Shown here: positions 37,149 to 46,563 of the stretch, piece by piece
Numbering within the stretch: the stretch's first letter is position 1
Layout: every line of letters starts with the position of its first letter
Origin: Dehalococcoidia bacterium
GTDB lineage: Bacteria; Chloroflexota; Dehalococcoidia; UBA2979
NCBI GenBank assembly: GCA_963667465.2
Contig: CAXXDN010000001.1
Coordinates: 864,001-928,000, forward strand
Length of the DNA stretch: 64,000 bases
Direction of reading: 5' to 3'
Notes under the pieces: model-generated
Databases searched by the model: none
Told to the model about the DNA's origin: nothing
The model's input: the letters and a program-made list of their open reading frames with translations, nothing else
Translations under genes and position numbers: made by a program

Positions 37149-38297
37149 ATGACGACACAATCACGCCAGGACGAGGCGCCGAGCCACGACGAGGCGCCGC
37201 AGCAGAGCGGGCCAGACCTCAGTTCGCCGCTCGCGGCCTCCTACTACACCGACTTCAGCTGGATGAAGCGCTCCCGCCAGTGGGGCACCCGCGCTCCGCG
37301 CGGCCCCGGCGGCGTGACGCTCGATGGCATCAACATCGGCGTCTACGGGGATCTCCCGGACAACTGGGATGAGCCCTCGAGGATGCCGCGCGGCGCCTAC
37401 CCGGTGTCCGGCGCGGTACCGCTGGGCCCGGCCTTCATCAGCCAGAAGTCGCGCCAGTGGGCCGATCACGCCCCCCACCTCTATGAGGAGTCGATCTCGC
37501 GCCGCTGGTCCACGGCTACGGACGTGCCGTGGGAGACCGCCCGCGATCTCCCGCACGACGTCGAGCTGGCAATGTGCCAGGTCGCGACCGAGCTGAGCCA
37601 CATCGGCTCGATCGAGGCGGAGGTCGTGTCCTCGTGGCTGGAGCTGCTCAGCTACGGCTTCCACGAGGTGAAGCTCTGCCTCTCCCGGCAGGTCTTCGAG
37701 TCCGCCCGCCAGTTCGAGGGCTGGCGCAAGCGCGCCCTGCTCAACGTCGACCAGCTCGGCCTCGAGAGCCCCGGCTGGGCGAACCGCATGCTGCTCGAGA
37801 GCCGAGTCGGCTGGACGGAGACCTGCCTGGCGCTGCACGTGCTGCGCGGCAGCTATCTACTGACGCTGCTCCGCTACCTCGCGGCCTACGGGCCCAGCGA
37901 GGCGGATCGCGCGCTGGCCGGCGGGATGGTGGCGGACAAGGCGCGGCACCTCGCCTACGGCATGGAGCACTCGCGCTACGCGCTCGGCAGCGAGCCGGAC
38001 TTCCGGGACTCCTGGAACCGCGCGCTGGTCGGGGCCGAGGCGGCCGTCAACCGCGACGAGGACGACCACGTGCTGCAGGAGGCGCTCGCGATCGTCTTCG
38101 GCGGCGGCGTGCGGAACATGGACCAGGGCATGCAGCTCGTGCGCCGGATGCGGCGCGACTGGACCCGCGCCTACCTCGCGCGCATGAACTGGATCGGCCT
38201 CGACCGCGATCCGTGGCTCACCCCGAGGATGCGCGAGAACTTCGAGGAGCCGGGCACGAACGGTACGGCGGACGCAGCCGGCGAGGCGGCGGGCTAG
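37149..38297 (+). CDS. Ferritin-like paralogue with degenerate metal site, putative structural subunit
   Basis: Shares LYEE...WS.ATD.PW and RKRAL with the upstream gene, but the ligand motifs read IGS, ESARQ, RGS and DKARH. Confidence 0.8.
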   Translation: MTTQSRQDEAPSHDEAPQQSGPDLSSPLAASYYTDFSWMKRSRQWGTRAPRGPGGVTLDGINIGVYGDLPDNWDEPSRMPRGAYPVSGAVPLGPAFISQKSRQWADHAPHLYEESISRRWSTATDVPWETARDLPHDVELAMCQVATELSHIGSIEAEVVSSWLELLSYGFHEVKLCLSRQVFESARQFEGWRKRALLNVDQLGLESPGWANRMLLESRVGWTETCLALHVLRGSYLLTLLRYLAAYGPSEADRALAGGMVADKARHLAYGMEHSRYALGSEPDFRDSWNRALVGAEAAVNRDEDDHVLQEALAIVFGGGVRNMDQGMQLVRRMRRDWTRAYLARMNWIGLDRDPWLTPRMRENFEEPGTNGTADAAGEAAG

Positions 38298-38298
38298 C

Positions 38299-38595
38299 GT
38301 GCCGATCCACGTCTACGAGTGCGATGCCTGCGCGTGCCGCTTCGAGGCGCTCGTGCGTGGCGACCGCGAGCCCTCGGGCTGCACCGAGTGCGGCTCGCCA
38401 CAGATCGAGCGGATGATCTCGCCGTTCGCGATCACGCGCCGCGAGGTCGACCAGATTCGCGACCTCGACCCCAAGTACAAGCAGATCGTCGACGACCTGA
38501 TCGCGTCGACGCCGGACGCGGAGCCGATGCGGCACCTCGAGCGACTGACCTCGTTCGACGAGGCCGATGATCCCGGCGAACCGATCGAGTTCTAG
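38299..38595 (+). CDS. FmdB-family zinc-ribbon protein
   Basis: MPIHVYECDACACRFE...CTECGS..IERMISPF. Confidence 0.82.
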   Translation: MPIHVYECDACACRFEALVRGDREPSGCTECGSPQIERMISPFAITRREVDQIRDLDPKYKQIVDDLIASTPDAEPMRHLERLTSFDEADDPGEPIEF

Positions 38596-38623
38596 ACGGC
38601 AACGGAATGGCAGGAGTGGCGTA

Positions 38624-39049
38624 GTGACAGTGTTGACCTTTCCCTCCGTGGAGTGGCTGCAAGCGCTTGCGGACCTGGCGAACGAAGACGAGGACTTCCA
38701 GAAGATCGGCCGCCTCGACGCGGTCGTCGGCCTGCGTATCGGCGCTGCGAGTTACCGGCTCACCTTCGAGGTGCTGACCTGCACCGACGTGCGCGAGGCG
38801 GACGACGAGGAGCTGGGCGAGGCCGACTTCGTGATCAACATGCCGGCGGGGATGTGGCAGGAGATGATCGACGACATCCGCGCGAACGGGCGGGCGACGG
38901 GCGATCACACGCTCAACTCGCTGGACCTGAGCATGGATGACCCGATCCACAGCAACGAGCAGGGCGACGGCTACCGGGCGGACAAGTTCTTCCGCTACAA
39001 CCCCAGCCTGCAGCGCTTCTTCGACAACGTCGCCCGCCTCGACGCCTGA
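38624..39049 (+). CDS. SCP2 (sterol-carrier)-like hypothetical protein
   Basis: FPSVEWLQALADLANED...ADFVI....WQEMI pattern of SCP2-fold proteins. GTG after AGGAG. Confidence 0.6.
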   Translation: MTVLTFPSVEWLQALADLANEDEDFQKIGRLDAVVGLRIGAASYRLTFEVLTCTDVREADDEELGEADFVINMPAGMWQEMIDDIRANGRATGDHTLNSLDLSMDDPIHSNEQGDGYRADKFFRYNPSLQRFFDNVARLDA

Positions 39050-39114
39050 CGGCGGCGGCAACGCACAAACGCGAGCAACACGAAGGTCCGACGCAGGAGA
39101 GGCGAGAGCAGCGC

Positions 39115-40293
39115 ATGGCGAAGATCGTCGAGGTGACGCCGTTCAAGGTGGGCCTGGAAGTCGAGAACATCACGGGCCGCGAGCGCCCTCGCCGCGGTGG
39201 CATGGTGATCGTGCGGATCCGCACTGACGACGGCATGGAGGGCTTCGGCGAGGGTAGCCTCCCGCACAAGGCGCGCGCGGTCGCCGGCGCAGTCGAGGAC
39301 TTCGCGGAGTACCTCGTCGGGCAGGACGACAGCCTGATCGAGCGCCACTGGCAGGTGCTCTACCGCAACGTCTTCCAGCGCGGCGGCGTGATCATGATGA
39401 CCGCCCAGAGCGCCATCGATCAGGCGTTGTGGGATATTGCAGGCAAGCGCTTCGGCGTGCCGATCTGGCAACTCATGGGCGGCGCGGTGCGCGATCGCAT
39501 CCTGCTCTACACCCACCCCGGAGGCTGGGACCGCGACCTGGTCGTCCAGCACTCGCTGGAGCGTGTCGAGGAGGGCTACCGCGCCCTCAAGCTGACGATC
39601 GCCCCGTCTCCGGAGCCGATCCGCGACACGCCACTGGTGGAGGCCAGCTACGAGCTGGTCGCCGCTGTCCGTGAGGCAGTCGGCCCCGACGTCAAGCTGA
39701 TGCTGGACTGCCACGGGAAGCTCTCGCCGACCGTCGCGATCGAGCTCGGGCACGCGCTCGAGCCGCTGGACCTGCTCTTCCTCGAGGAGCCGGTGCCGCC
39801 GCGCAACGTCGAGGCGATGCTGCTGGTCCGGAATGCGGTCACGGTCCCTCTCGCAACCGGTGAGCGGATGTACAACCGCTGGGACTTCCGCACGACGATC
39901 GAGTCGCAGGCCGTCGCCGTGCTGCAGCCGGATCTCGGCCACGCGGGCGGCATCTCCGAGACGCGCCGCATCGCGGCAGCGGCGGAGACCTACTTCATGG
40001 GCATCGCCCCGCACAACCCTCGAGGGCCGGGGGTGACGCTGGCGAGCCTGCAGATCGGGGCCTGCACGCCCAACTTCATCATCCAGGAGTCGGCGATCCC
40101 CCGCGGCGGGAGCAGTGAACTCTGGGACGCAATGCTCGTCGAGCCACTGTCGGTCAGCGACGGCTACGTCGACCTGCCGCGCGCGCCCGGCCTCGGCATC
40201 ACGTTCGACGAGGCGCTGCTCGACCGCTTCCCCTACACGGGCGCCGACACGGCTCACCCGACCGTTGCCGACGGGGGAGTTGGCGACTGGTAA
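39115..40293 (+). CDS. Mandelate racemase/galactonate dehydratase-like enolase (copy 1)
   Basis: SAIDQALWDIAGK, metal ligands D(CHG), EEP and GER, QPD, APHN, IQE. Confidence 0.9.
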   Translation: MAKIVEVTPFKVGLEVENITGRERPRRGGMVIVRIRTDDGMEGFGEGSLPHKARAVAGAVEDFAEYLVGQDDSLIERHWQVLYRNVFQRGGVIMMTAQSAIDQALWDIAGKRFGVPIWQLMGGAVRDRILLYTHPGGWDRDLVVQHSLERVEEGYRALKLTIAPSPEPIRDTPLVEASYELVAAVREAVGPDVKLMLDCHGKLSPTVAIELGHALEPLDLLFLEEPVPPRNVEAMLLVRNAVTVPLATGERMYNRWDFRTTIESQAVAVLQPDLGHAGGISETRRIAAAAETYFMGIAPHNPRGPGVTLASLQIGACTPNFIIQESAIPRGGSSELWDAMLVEPLSVSDGYVDLPRAPGLGITFDEALLDRFPYTGADTAHPTVADGGVGDW

Positions 40294-40377
40294 GCGCTGC
40301 CTCCTCGGTGGCTACGCGGCGCCCGCCAGGCTCTTCGGGCCTGCACGCCCCTCCCCGTCGTTCCGCACGCCCCTCCC

Positions 40378-40402
40378 GTCATTCTGGCGAAAGCCGAAAT
40401 CC
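40378..40402. repeat. Degenerate REP-like palindrome
   Basis: GTCATTCTGGCGAAAGCCGAAATCC resembles GTCATTCC-GCGAAAGC-GGAATCC-type REPs. It is preceded by a short duplication (GCACGCCCCTCCC twice). Confidence 0.45.
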
Positions 40403-40590
40403 CGGTACGCCAGCCCACTGCGCGGCGACCAATCGTGGTTGCAGGCTAGCGTCCTCGGGAGCGGATCCCGGCTGCCTTACCCTCGCGCTCAAGACAGGCC
40501 GATGCGCCGCCAGCGCGGGTTTGACTGTGCCGCAAGCCGCGCGTATCAACAGGTCTGATCAGCAATCAGCTTGCGAATCAAGGAGGAGCG

Positions 40591-41769
40591 ATGTCGCGCA
40601 TCGTCGAAGTGCGTCCGTTCATGGTCAACTTCCAACAGGGCACCGGCGGGGATCAGGCCCGCTACGGGGGCCGCGGCAACATGATGATCGTGCGGATCCG
40701 CACGGACGACGGCCTCGAGGGCTTCGGTGAGGGCACCCTCCCGCACAAGACGCGGGCGGTCGCCGGTGCTGTCGAGGACTTCGCGGAGTACCTCGTCGGC
40801 CAGGACGACAGCCTGATCGAGCGTCACTGGCAAGTGCTCTACCGCAACAGCTTCCAGCGCGGCGGCGTGGTCCTGATGACCGCGCAGAGCGCGATCGACC
40901 AGGCGCTGTGGGACATCGCCGGGAAGCGCTTCGGCGTGCCGGTCTGGCAGCTCATGGGCGGCGCCGTCCGCGACCGCATCCTGCTCTACACCCATCCCGG
41001 CGGCAACAGCCGCGATGAGATCGTCGATCGCACCCTTCAGCGCATCGAGGAGGGCTACCGCGCCTTCAAGACCGGGATTCCCGGCACGGCTGAGTGGATC
41101 AGCGACCGCAAGAAGGTGCAAGAGACGTACGAGAACATCGCCGCCGTGCGCGACGCCGTCGGCGACGACATGAAGGTCATGGTCGACGCGCACGGCAAGC
41201 AGTCGCCGACCGTGGCGATCGAGATCGCCAACGCCCTCGAGCCGCTGGACCTGCTGTTCTTCGAGGAGCCGGTGCCGCCGCGCAACGTCGACGCGATGCT
41301 GCTGGTCTCGGCGGCTACGAACGTGCCGCTGGCCACGGGCGAGCGGATGTACAACCGCTGGGACTTCCGCACGACGATCGAGTCGCAGGCCGTCTCGGTG
41401 CTGCAGCCGGACCTCGGCCACGCGGGGGGCATCTCCGAGACGCGCCGCATCGCGGCGGCGGCGGAGACCTACTTCATGGGCATCGCGCCGCACAACCCTC
41501 GAGGGCCGGGCGTGACGCTGGCGAGCCTGCACATCGCGGCCTGCACGCCCAACTTCATCATCCAGGAGAGCTCGATCCCGATCGGCGGCGACGAGCTCTG
41601 GGACGAGATGCTGGTGGAGCCGCTCGTCGTGAAGGATGGCTACGTCGACCTGCCGCAGGCGCCGGGCATCGGCATCACGTTCGACGAGTCGATCGCGGAG
41701 CGCTATCCGTTCCAGGGCCGCGATACGGGTCACCCGGTGCTCGCCGACGGCAGCGTCGGCGACTGGTAG
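40591..41769 (+). CDS. Mandelate racemase/galactonate dehydratase-like enolase (copy 2)
   Basis: Same motifs and same length (392 aa) as copy 1, with long identical blocks. Confidence 0.9.
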   Translation: MSRIVEVRPFMVNFQQGTGGDQARYGGRGNMMIVRIRTDDGLEGFGEGTLPHKTRAVAGAVEDFAEYLVGQDDSLIERHWQVLYRNSFQRGGVVLMTAQSAIDQALWDIAGKRFGVPVWQLMGGAVRDRILLYTHPGGNSRDEIVDRTLQRIEEGYRAFKTGIPGTAEWISDRKKVQETYENIAAVRDAVGDDMKVMVDAHGKQSPTVAIEIANALEPLDLLFFEEPVPPRNVDAMLLVSAATNVPLATGERMYNRWDFRTTIESQAVSVLQPDLGHAGGISETRRIAAAAETYFMGIAPHNPRGPGVTLASLHIAACTPNFIIQESSIPIGGDELWDEMLVEPLVVKDGYVDLPQAPGIGITFDESIAERYPFQGRDTGHPVLADGSVGDW

Positions 41770-41779
41770 GAGGCACGAG

Positions 41780-42511
41780 ATGCTTGGTCCCGACGCGAGC
41801 GTGATGATCTTCGGCGCGCACGCCGCCGACTACTGCTTCCGTGCCGGCGGCACGGCGATCCGTTACCTCCAGGCCGGCGCGCGCGTGAAGGTGGTGAGCG
41901 CCACCTTCGGCGAGCGCGGCGAATCCGCCCCGCGCTGGAAGGAGCCCGGCGCGACCGTCGAGTCCGTGAAGGCGATCCGGCGCTCCGAGGCCGAGGCGGC
42001 CGCGCGGACGCTCGGCGTGGAGATCGAGTTCCTCGACCTGGACGACAACCCGCTCGTGATCGACCAGGAGCGCATGCAGCTCTACATCGACCAGCTCCGC
42101 GACTACAAGCCGGACATCATCCTCACGCACTGGACCTACGAGCCGACGAACCGCGATCACCAGACGGTCGCGGAGACCGTGATCCGCGCGACCGGGCTGG
42201 CCCGAACCCAGGCAACGATGGCCGGTGAGTCGCTGCCGAGGGCGAAGATCTTCCACTTCGAGCCGGACATCCTCAGCCAGCCGATCCTCAGCTACGTGCC
42301 GGACACCTACATCGACATCGGCCCGGTGGTGGAGCAAAAGTTCGAGGCGCTGCGCTGCTTCGCGGTGTCGCAGCCGGGGCTGCTCGACCGCTGGCCGCCG
42401 CACACCGAGGCGCGCGGGGTCGAGGCCTCCGGCATCGGCGGGCTGGCAGGCTGCACGCACGCCGAGTCGTTCCGGCGCTTCCAGCCGTACGCGGGCGACT
42501 ACTTCGTCTGA
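41780..42511 (+). CDS. PIG-L family protein, GalB (4-oxalomesaconate hydratase)-like
   Basis: GAHAADYCFRAGG, FGERGES, ILTH...NRDH; resembles the GalB pattern SAHSADFVWRAGG. Confidence 0.75.
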   Translation: MLGPDASVMIFGAHAADYCFRAGGTAIRYLQAGARVKVVSATFGERGESAPRWKEPGATVESVKAIRRSEAEAAARTLGVEIEFLDLDDNPLVIDQERMQLYIDQLRDYKPDIILTHWTYEPTNRDHQTVAETVIRATGLARTQATMAGESLPRAKIFHFEPDILSQPILSYVPDTYIDIGPVVEQKFEALRCFAVSQPGLLDRWPPHTEARGVEASGIGGLAGCTHAESFRRFQPYAGDYFV

Positions 42512-42542
42512 GCGCGGCTGCCGCGGCTAGCGTCGGCGGGCG

Positions 42543-43604
42543 CTACGCGAGAGCCTCGAGGCGCAGCTCGTACCAGCCGTCCCAGGCCGCGCCGGGCTCC
42601 AGCACGATCAGGCCCGGGTCCGGGACGCCCCCGGTCATCAGGTTGAAGGCGTTCGGCATGCAGGTGTGCGGCTCGAACGAGACGACCGGCGCGTCGGGCG
42701 GCGTGTAGAAGACGATCGCGCTCAGCCCCTCGCTGGCGTCGAGCGTGGCCTGAAGGCCGTTCGTGCGGTCGGTCAGGCGGCCGCGCATTCCACTCGCCGC
42801 GCCTCCCGATTCGCCACGGAGTATGAACTTGTGGTTGCGGGCCGGGCCCGCCGCCGTGTTCGCGTTCGGCGTGAGCGCCGAGAGCGGCAGCGCGCGGCGC
42901 GGCCATTCGGCCGCCGCCACCGGCGAGACCACGGCCGGAGGCGTCGAGGTGCTCTCCCAGCGCTCCGTCGCTGCGAGGGCGACCGCGCAGTCCTCGGCGC
43001 TCCCGGCGGGACCGAGGGGTGTAGGGAAGTAGGGGTGAAAGCCGAGGCCGAACGGCATCGGCTCGTCCGAGGCGTTCTCGATGCGCACCTCGATGCGCAG
43101 CCGTCCGTCGCGCAGCACGACGCGCAGCTCGCAGCCGAAGGCCCATGGCCAGGCGCTGGCGGGGATGCCGTCCTCGAGACTCGCGAGGCGCGTGGTGACC
43201 CAGGCGCCGTCCTCGGAGTCCGCGCCGGAGTCGATGACGCGCCAGGCGCGCCAGCGCACGGCGCCGTGCATCGCGTTGCCTGCCTGCGGGTCCGCCGGCA
43301 GCTCGATGCGGCGACCGCGGAACTCGAAGGCGTCGCCGCTGACCCGGCCGGGGTAGGGGAAGAGCATCCCGGCGCCCCAGCGCGTCGGCAGCCGGCTGAG
43401 CGTCTCGAGGGTCGGCGGGCCCGCGATCACCTCGACCAGGTCGCCCTCCGGGTCGCCTGCGGGGCGCGTGGCGAAGCGCGTCACGTTGCTGCCGCGCGAG
43501 GGCACGACGTGCGCGATCGAGCCCGTCGCGGGCTCGTGCAAGCGGACGACCACGTGGTCCTCGATGGTGACGGTGTCGACGGAGGGGGCGGCGGGGGTGG
43601 GCAT
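42543..43604 (-). CDS. Aldose 1-epimerase family
   Basis: LFPYPGRV, NAMHG, MPFGLGFHPYF, FEPHTCMPNAFN. Confidence 0.85.
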   Translation of the reverse strand: MPTPAAPSVDTVTIEDHVVVRLHEPATGSIAHVVPSRGSNVTRFATRPAGDPEGDLVEVIAGPPTLETLSRLPTRWGAGMLFPYPGRVSGDAFEFRGRRIELPADPQAGNAMHGAVRWRAWRVIDSGADSEDGAWVTTRLASLEDGIPASAWPWAFGCELRVVLRDGRLRIEVRIENASDEPMPFGLGFHPYFPTPLGPAGSAEDCAVALAATERWESTSTPPAVVSPVAAAEWPRRALPLSALTPNANTAAGPARNHKFILRGESGGAASGMRGRLTDRTNGLQATLDASEGLSAIVFYTPPDAPVVSFEPHTCMPNAFNLMTGGVPDPGLIVLEPGAAWDGWYELRLEALA

Positions 43605-43622
43605 GCCGGTCGGTGGGTGCGG

Positions 43623-44468
43623 CTACGCGGTCTCGGTGCGCCAGCTGTGCTGCGGGCGGTAGCCGAGCATGCGCTTCGCTTTCGCGCAGCTGATCGGGCC
43701 CTCGGTACCCGTGAGGCCCGCGCAGGCGGCCTCGCTGCCGGGGAAGCGGCGTGGGAAGGCGGTGGCGAGCGGCTCGCGGCTCATCGCGTCGTCGGCGGTG
43801 ATGAAGAAGCGGTCGTGCTCGATCGCTGTGTCCTCGAGGGCGGCCCGCACCGCGCGCGCGAAGTCACGAGCGTCGACGTAGGCGAGGATGCCCCCGCCGT
43901 TCTCGAGCATCCTCGGCACGCGCTCGGCGTAGTCCTCGGGGCCGACGACGCTGGTCGGCCGCAGCACGATGCTGCGGATGCCGGTGCGGCGCGTCGCGGC
44001 CTCGAGGATCTCCTCGCCGAGCCACTTGGAGAGGCCGTAGGCGTCCTGCGGGCGCAGCGGGTGCTCCTCGTCCATCGGCATGTAGTCGGGGACCATGTCG
44101 CGGAAGCGGAAGGCGAAGCCGAGCGCGGAGCCGCTGCTGCTATAGATCACCTTCCGCGCGTCCTGGCGAATCGCCGCCTCGACGACGTTGAAGGTGCTCG
44201 TCATGTTGTTGGCGAAGACGTCCTCCGGCTCGCGCCCGATTGGCGAAGGGATCGCCGCGAGGTGCACGATCGCCTCGGCGCCCTCGGCCACCCGTGCGAC
44301 CGCCTCGACGTCGGTCAGGTCGGCCTGCTCGTAGCGCACACCCGGGCGGACGGCGTCCGGGGGCGGCGAGTCCTCCAGGCCGGCGACGATGACCTCGTGG
44401 TCGTCGCGCAGCTCCTCGACGACCCAGCGTCCGAGGCGACCGCTGCCGCCGGTGATGAGCAGTCTCAC
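43623..44468 (-). CDS. NAD-dependent epimerase/dehydratase (extended SDR)
   Basis: TGGSGRLG, VHLAA, YGLSK. Confidence 0.88.
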   Translation of the reverse strand: MRLLITGGSGRLGRWVVEELRDDHEVIVAGLEDSPPPDAVRPGVRYEQADLTDVEAVARVAEGAEAIVHLAAIPSPIGREPEDVFANNMTSTFNVVEAAIRQDARKVIYSSSGSALGFAFRFRDMVPDYMPMDEEHPLRPQDAYGLSKWLGEEILEAATRRTGIRSIVLRPTSVVGPEDYAERVPRMLENGGGILAYVDARDFARAVRAALEDTAIEHDRFFITADDAMSREPLATAFPRRFPGSEAACAGLTGTEGPISCAKAKRMLGYRPQHSWRTETA

Positions 44469-44475
44469 CGTGCGC

Positions 44476-45498
44476 TCATCGATCGAAGTGGAAGCAGATC
44501 TTGCCGCTCGCGGCGTCGTCCGCGAGCTGGAAGCCGCGCGCGCCTTCCTCGATGCTCAGGTCCTCGCTGACGATCGCGTCGAGGTCGATCTGCTTGCGGC
44601 GGACGAAGTCGCAGAGGGTGTCCCACTGGCTCATCGGGTAGATGGTGGAGCCGAAGACGGTGATCTCCCAACGCGTGATCTCGTTGAGCGAGGTCTGGAA
44701 GGTCGGGTTGCCCAGCCCGACCAGCGCCGCCGTACCCAGCGGCCGCACGATGCTGCTGATCGCCTCGTGCGCGGGTGTCGCCCCCGAGGTCTCGACGAGC
44801 TTGTCCGCGCCGTCCGGCCAGTGCGCCTTCACGGCTGCGCCGATCTCGCCGGCCGTCGGGTCGAGCGTGGCGGCCGCGCCGAGGTCCGAGGCGAGACTGC
44901 GGCGGCTCTCGACGGGGTCGATGCCGATCACCTCGGCGCCCATCGCGATCGCGAACTGCGTGGCCAGCAGGCCGACCGGGCCGAGGCCGGAGACGGCGAT
45001 GCGGTCGAGGCCACCCGCTCCGAGCCGCACGAGCGGCGCGAAGGCGGTGCCGCCCTGGCAGGCGAGGATGCTGCCCGCGCGGTAGCTGACATCGTCCGGC
45101 AGCCGCATGGTTGCGCTCGCATCGGCGGTCATCAGCTCGGCGTCGGAGCCGCCCGCGCCGAAGCCGTAGCCCGGCCGGATGATGGCGCAGACGTGGTTGT
45201 TGCCGGTGATGCAGTAGCGGCAGGTCCCGCAAGTGCGGCGGAAGTAGACGACAGCCCGGTCGCCGACCGACCAGCCCTCGACGCCGTCGCCGACGGCGGC
45301 GACGACCCCACAGCCCTCGTGGCCGGGGGTGACCGCGTTGTCGATGAACGCGGGGCGGGGGTTGCGGTAGATGTGCAGGTCGCTGCCGCAGATCGCCGAG
45401 GCCTGCATCGCGATCAGCAGCTCGCCTGGCCCCGGCTCCGGATCCGGCTTGTCGACGACCTCGATTGCTCGTTCCCCGACGATGCTCAATGCGCGCAC
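44476..45498 (-). CDS. Zn-dependent alcohol/polyol dehydrogenase (MDR)
   Basis: ICGSDLH, GHE, CGTCRYC...C, GLGPVG. Confidence 0.9.
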   Translation of the reverse strand: MRALSIVGERAIEVVDKPDPEPGPGELLIAMQASAICGSDLHIYRNPRPAFIDNAVTPGHEGCGVVAAVGDGVEGWSVGDRAVVYFRRTCGTCRYCITGNNHVCAIIRPGYGFGAGGSDAELMTADASATMRLPDDVSYRAGSILACQGGTAFAPLVRLGAGGLDRIAVSGLGPVGLLATQFAIAMGAEVIGIDPVESRRSLASDLGAAATLDPTAGEIGAAVKAHWPDGADKLVETSGATPAHEAISSIVRPLGTAALVGLGNPTFQTSLNEITRWEITVFGSTIYPMSQWDTLCDFVRRKQIDLDAIVSEDLSIEEGARGFQLADDAASGKICFHFDR

Positions 45499-45556
45499 GG
45501 CGGCTCCTTCCCGGGCTCGGTGTGCTGGTGTGGTTGCGCGCGTCCCGCGCGCGGGG

Positions 45557-46510
45557 TCAACCGGCGCGGATGCGCGGGTCGATGACGAGGTAGGAGAGGT
45601 CGATCAGGATGTTCATCACGATGAACGAGACGCCGTAGAGGAAGACCAGGCTCTGGATCAGCGGCCAGTCGCTCGACTGTACGGCGACGATCAGCGAGAG
45701 GCCGATGCCCGGCACCGAGAAGGCCTGCTCGACGGCGACGGCGCCGCCCATCAGCCCGCCGAGTGCGAGCCCGGAGATGGTCACGACCGGGATGACGGAG
45801 TTGCGGATGACGTGACCCATCAGCACCCGCTGCTCGGTCAGCCCCTTCGCGCGCGCGGTGCGCACGAACTCGCTGGAGAGCACGTCGAGCGCGGAGGAGC
45901 GCATCACGCGTGCGAACACCGCCCCGAGGTTGACACCCATGACGAGCGCAGGGCCGATCGTCATCTGGAAGTTGGACCACGGGTCTGTCCAGAGGTGCGT
46001 GTAGATGAGCGGTGGCCGCCATGCGAACCAGATCACCGCGATGATGATGACCAGCAGCCCCATCAGGAAGGCCGGCATGGCGAGCAGCAGCACGGCGAAG
46101 AACCTCGAGATGTAGTCACCCACCGAGTTCTGTCTGACCGCGCCGTAGATCCCTAATGGGACGCCCATGAGCCAGCCCGTGGCGATCGCCATGAGGCCGA
46201 TCTGGAAGCTGACCGGGCCGCGGTGGCGGACGATCTCGATCACGGGCGTGCTGGCAACGAAGGAGGTGCCGAGGTCTCCGCGCGCCAGACCGCCTACCCA
46301 GGTGAGGTACTGAATGTGCAGGGGGCGGTCGATGCCGAGGATCTCACGCAGCCGTTGGCGTTGATCCTCGGTGAAGACGGATCCGCCCTGGTCGTCCTCG
46401 ATCTCGGTGGGGTCGCCGGGGATGATCCGGATCGACGCGAAAATAATGAGCGAGATCCCGATCAGGGTCGGGATCCCGAGCAGCAGCCTGCGGGCGACGT
46501 ATTTCCACAT
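45557..46510 (-). CDS. ABC transporter permease (DppB/OppB type)
   Basis: PGDP, GDLGTS, EFVRTARAKGL, HVIRNS, EQAFSVPGIG. Confidence 0.92.
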   Translation of the reverse strand: MWKYVARRLLLGIPTLIGISLIIFASIRIIPGDPTEIEDDQGGSVFTEDQRQRLREILGIDRPLHIQYLTWVGGLARGDLGTSFVASTPVIEIVRHRGPVSFQIGLMAIATGWLMGVPLGIYGAVRQNSVGDYISRFFAVLLLAMPAFLMGLLVIIIAVIWFAWRPPLIYTHLWTDPWSNFQMTIGPALVMGVNLGAVFARVMRSSALDVLSSEFVRTARAKGLTEQRVLMGHVIRNSVIPVVTISGLALGGLMGGAVAVEQAFSVPGIGLSLIVAVQSSDWPLIQSLVFLYGVSFIVMNILIDLSYLVIDPRIRAG

Positions 46511-46563
46511 CGTTACCCCGCAGGCTGCTGTCGGTTCTCAGCTCTCCTGATTTTGGCTGAAGA

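Noticed and set aside
35964-38297. Ribonucleotide reductase R2, PaaA/PaaC or methane/toluene monooxygenase assignment
   Set aside because: No R1 subunit, PaaB/D/E, coupling protein or FAD/2Fe-2S reductase is nearby, and no family-specific motif was recognised beyond the generic di-iron pattern.
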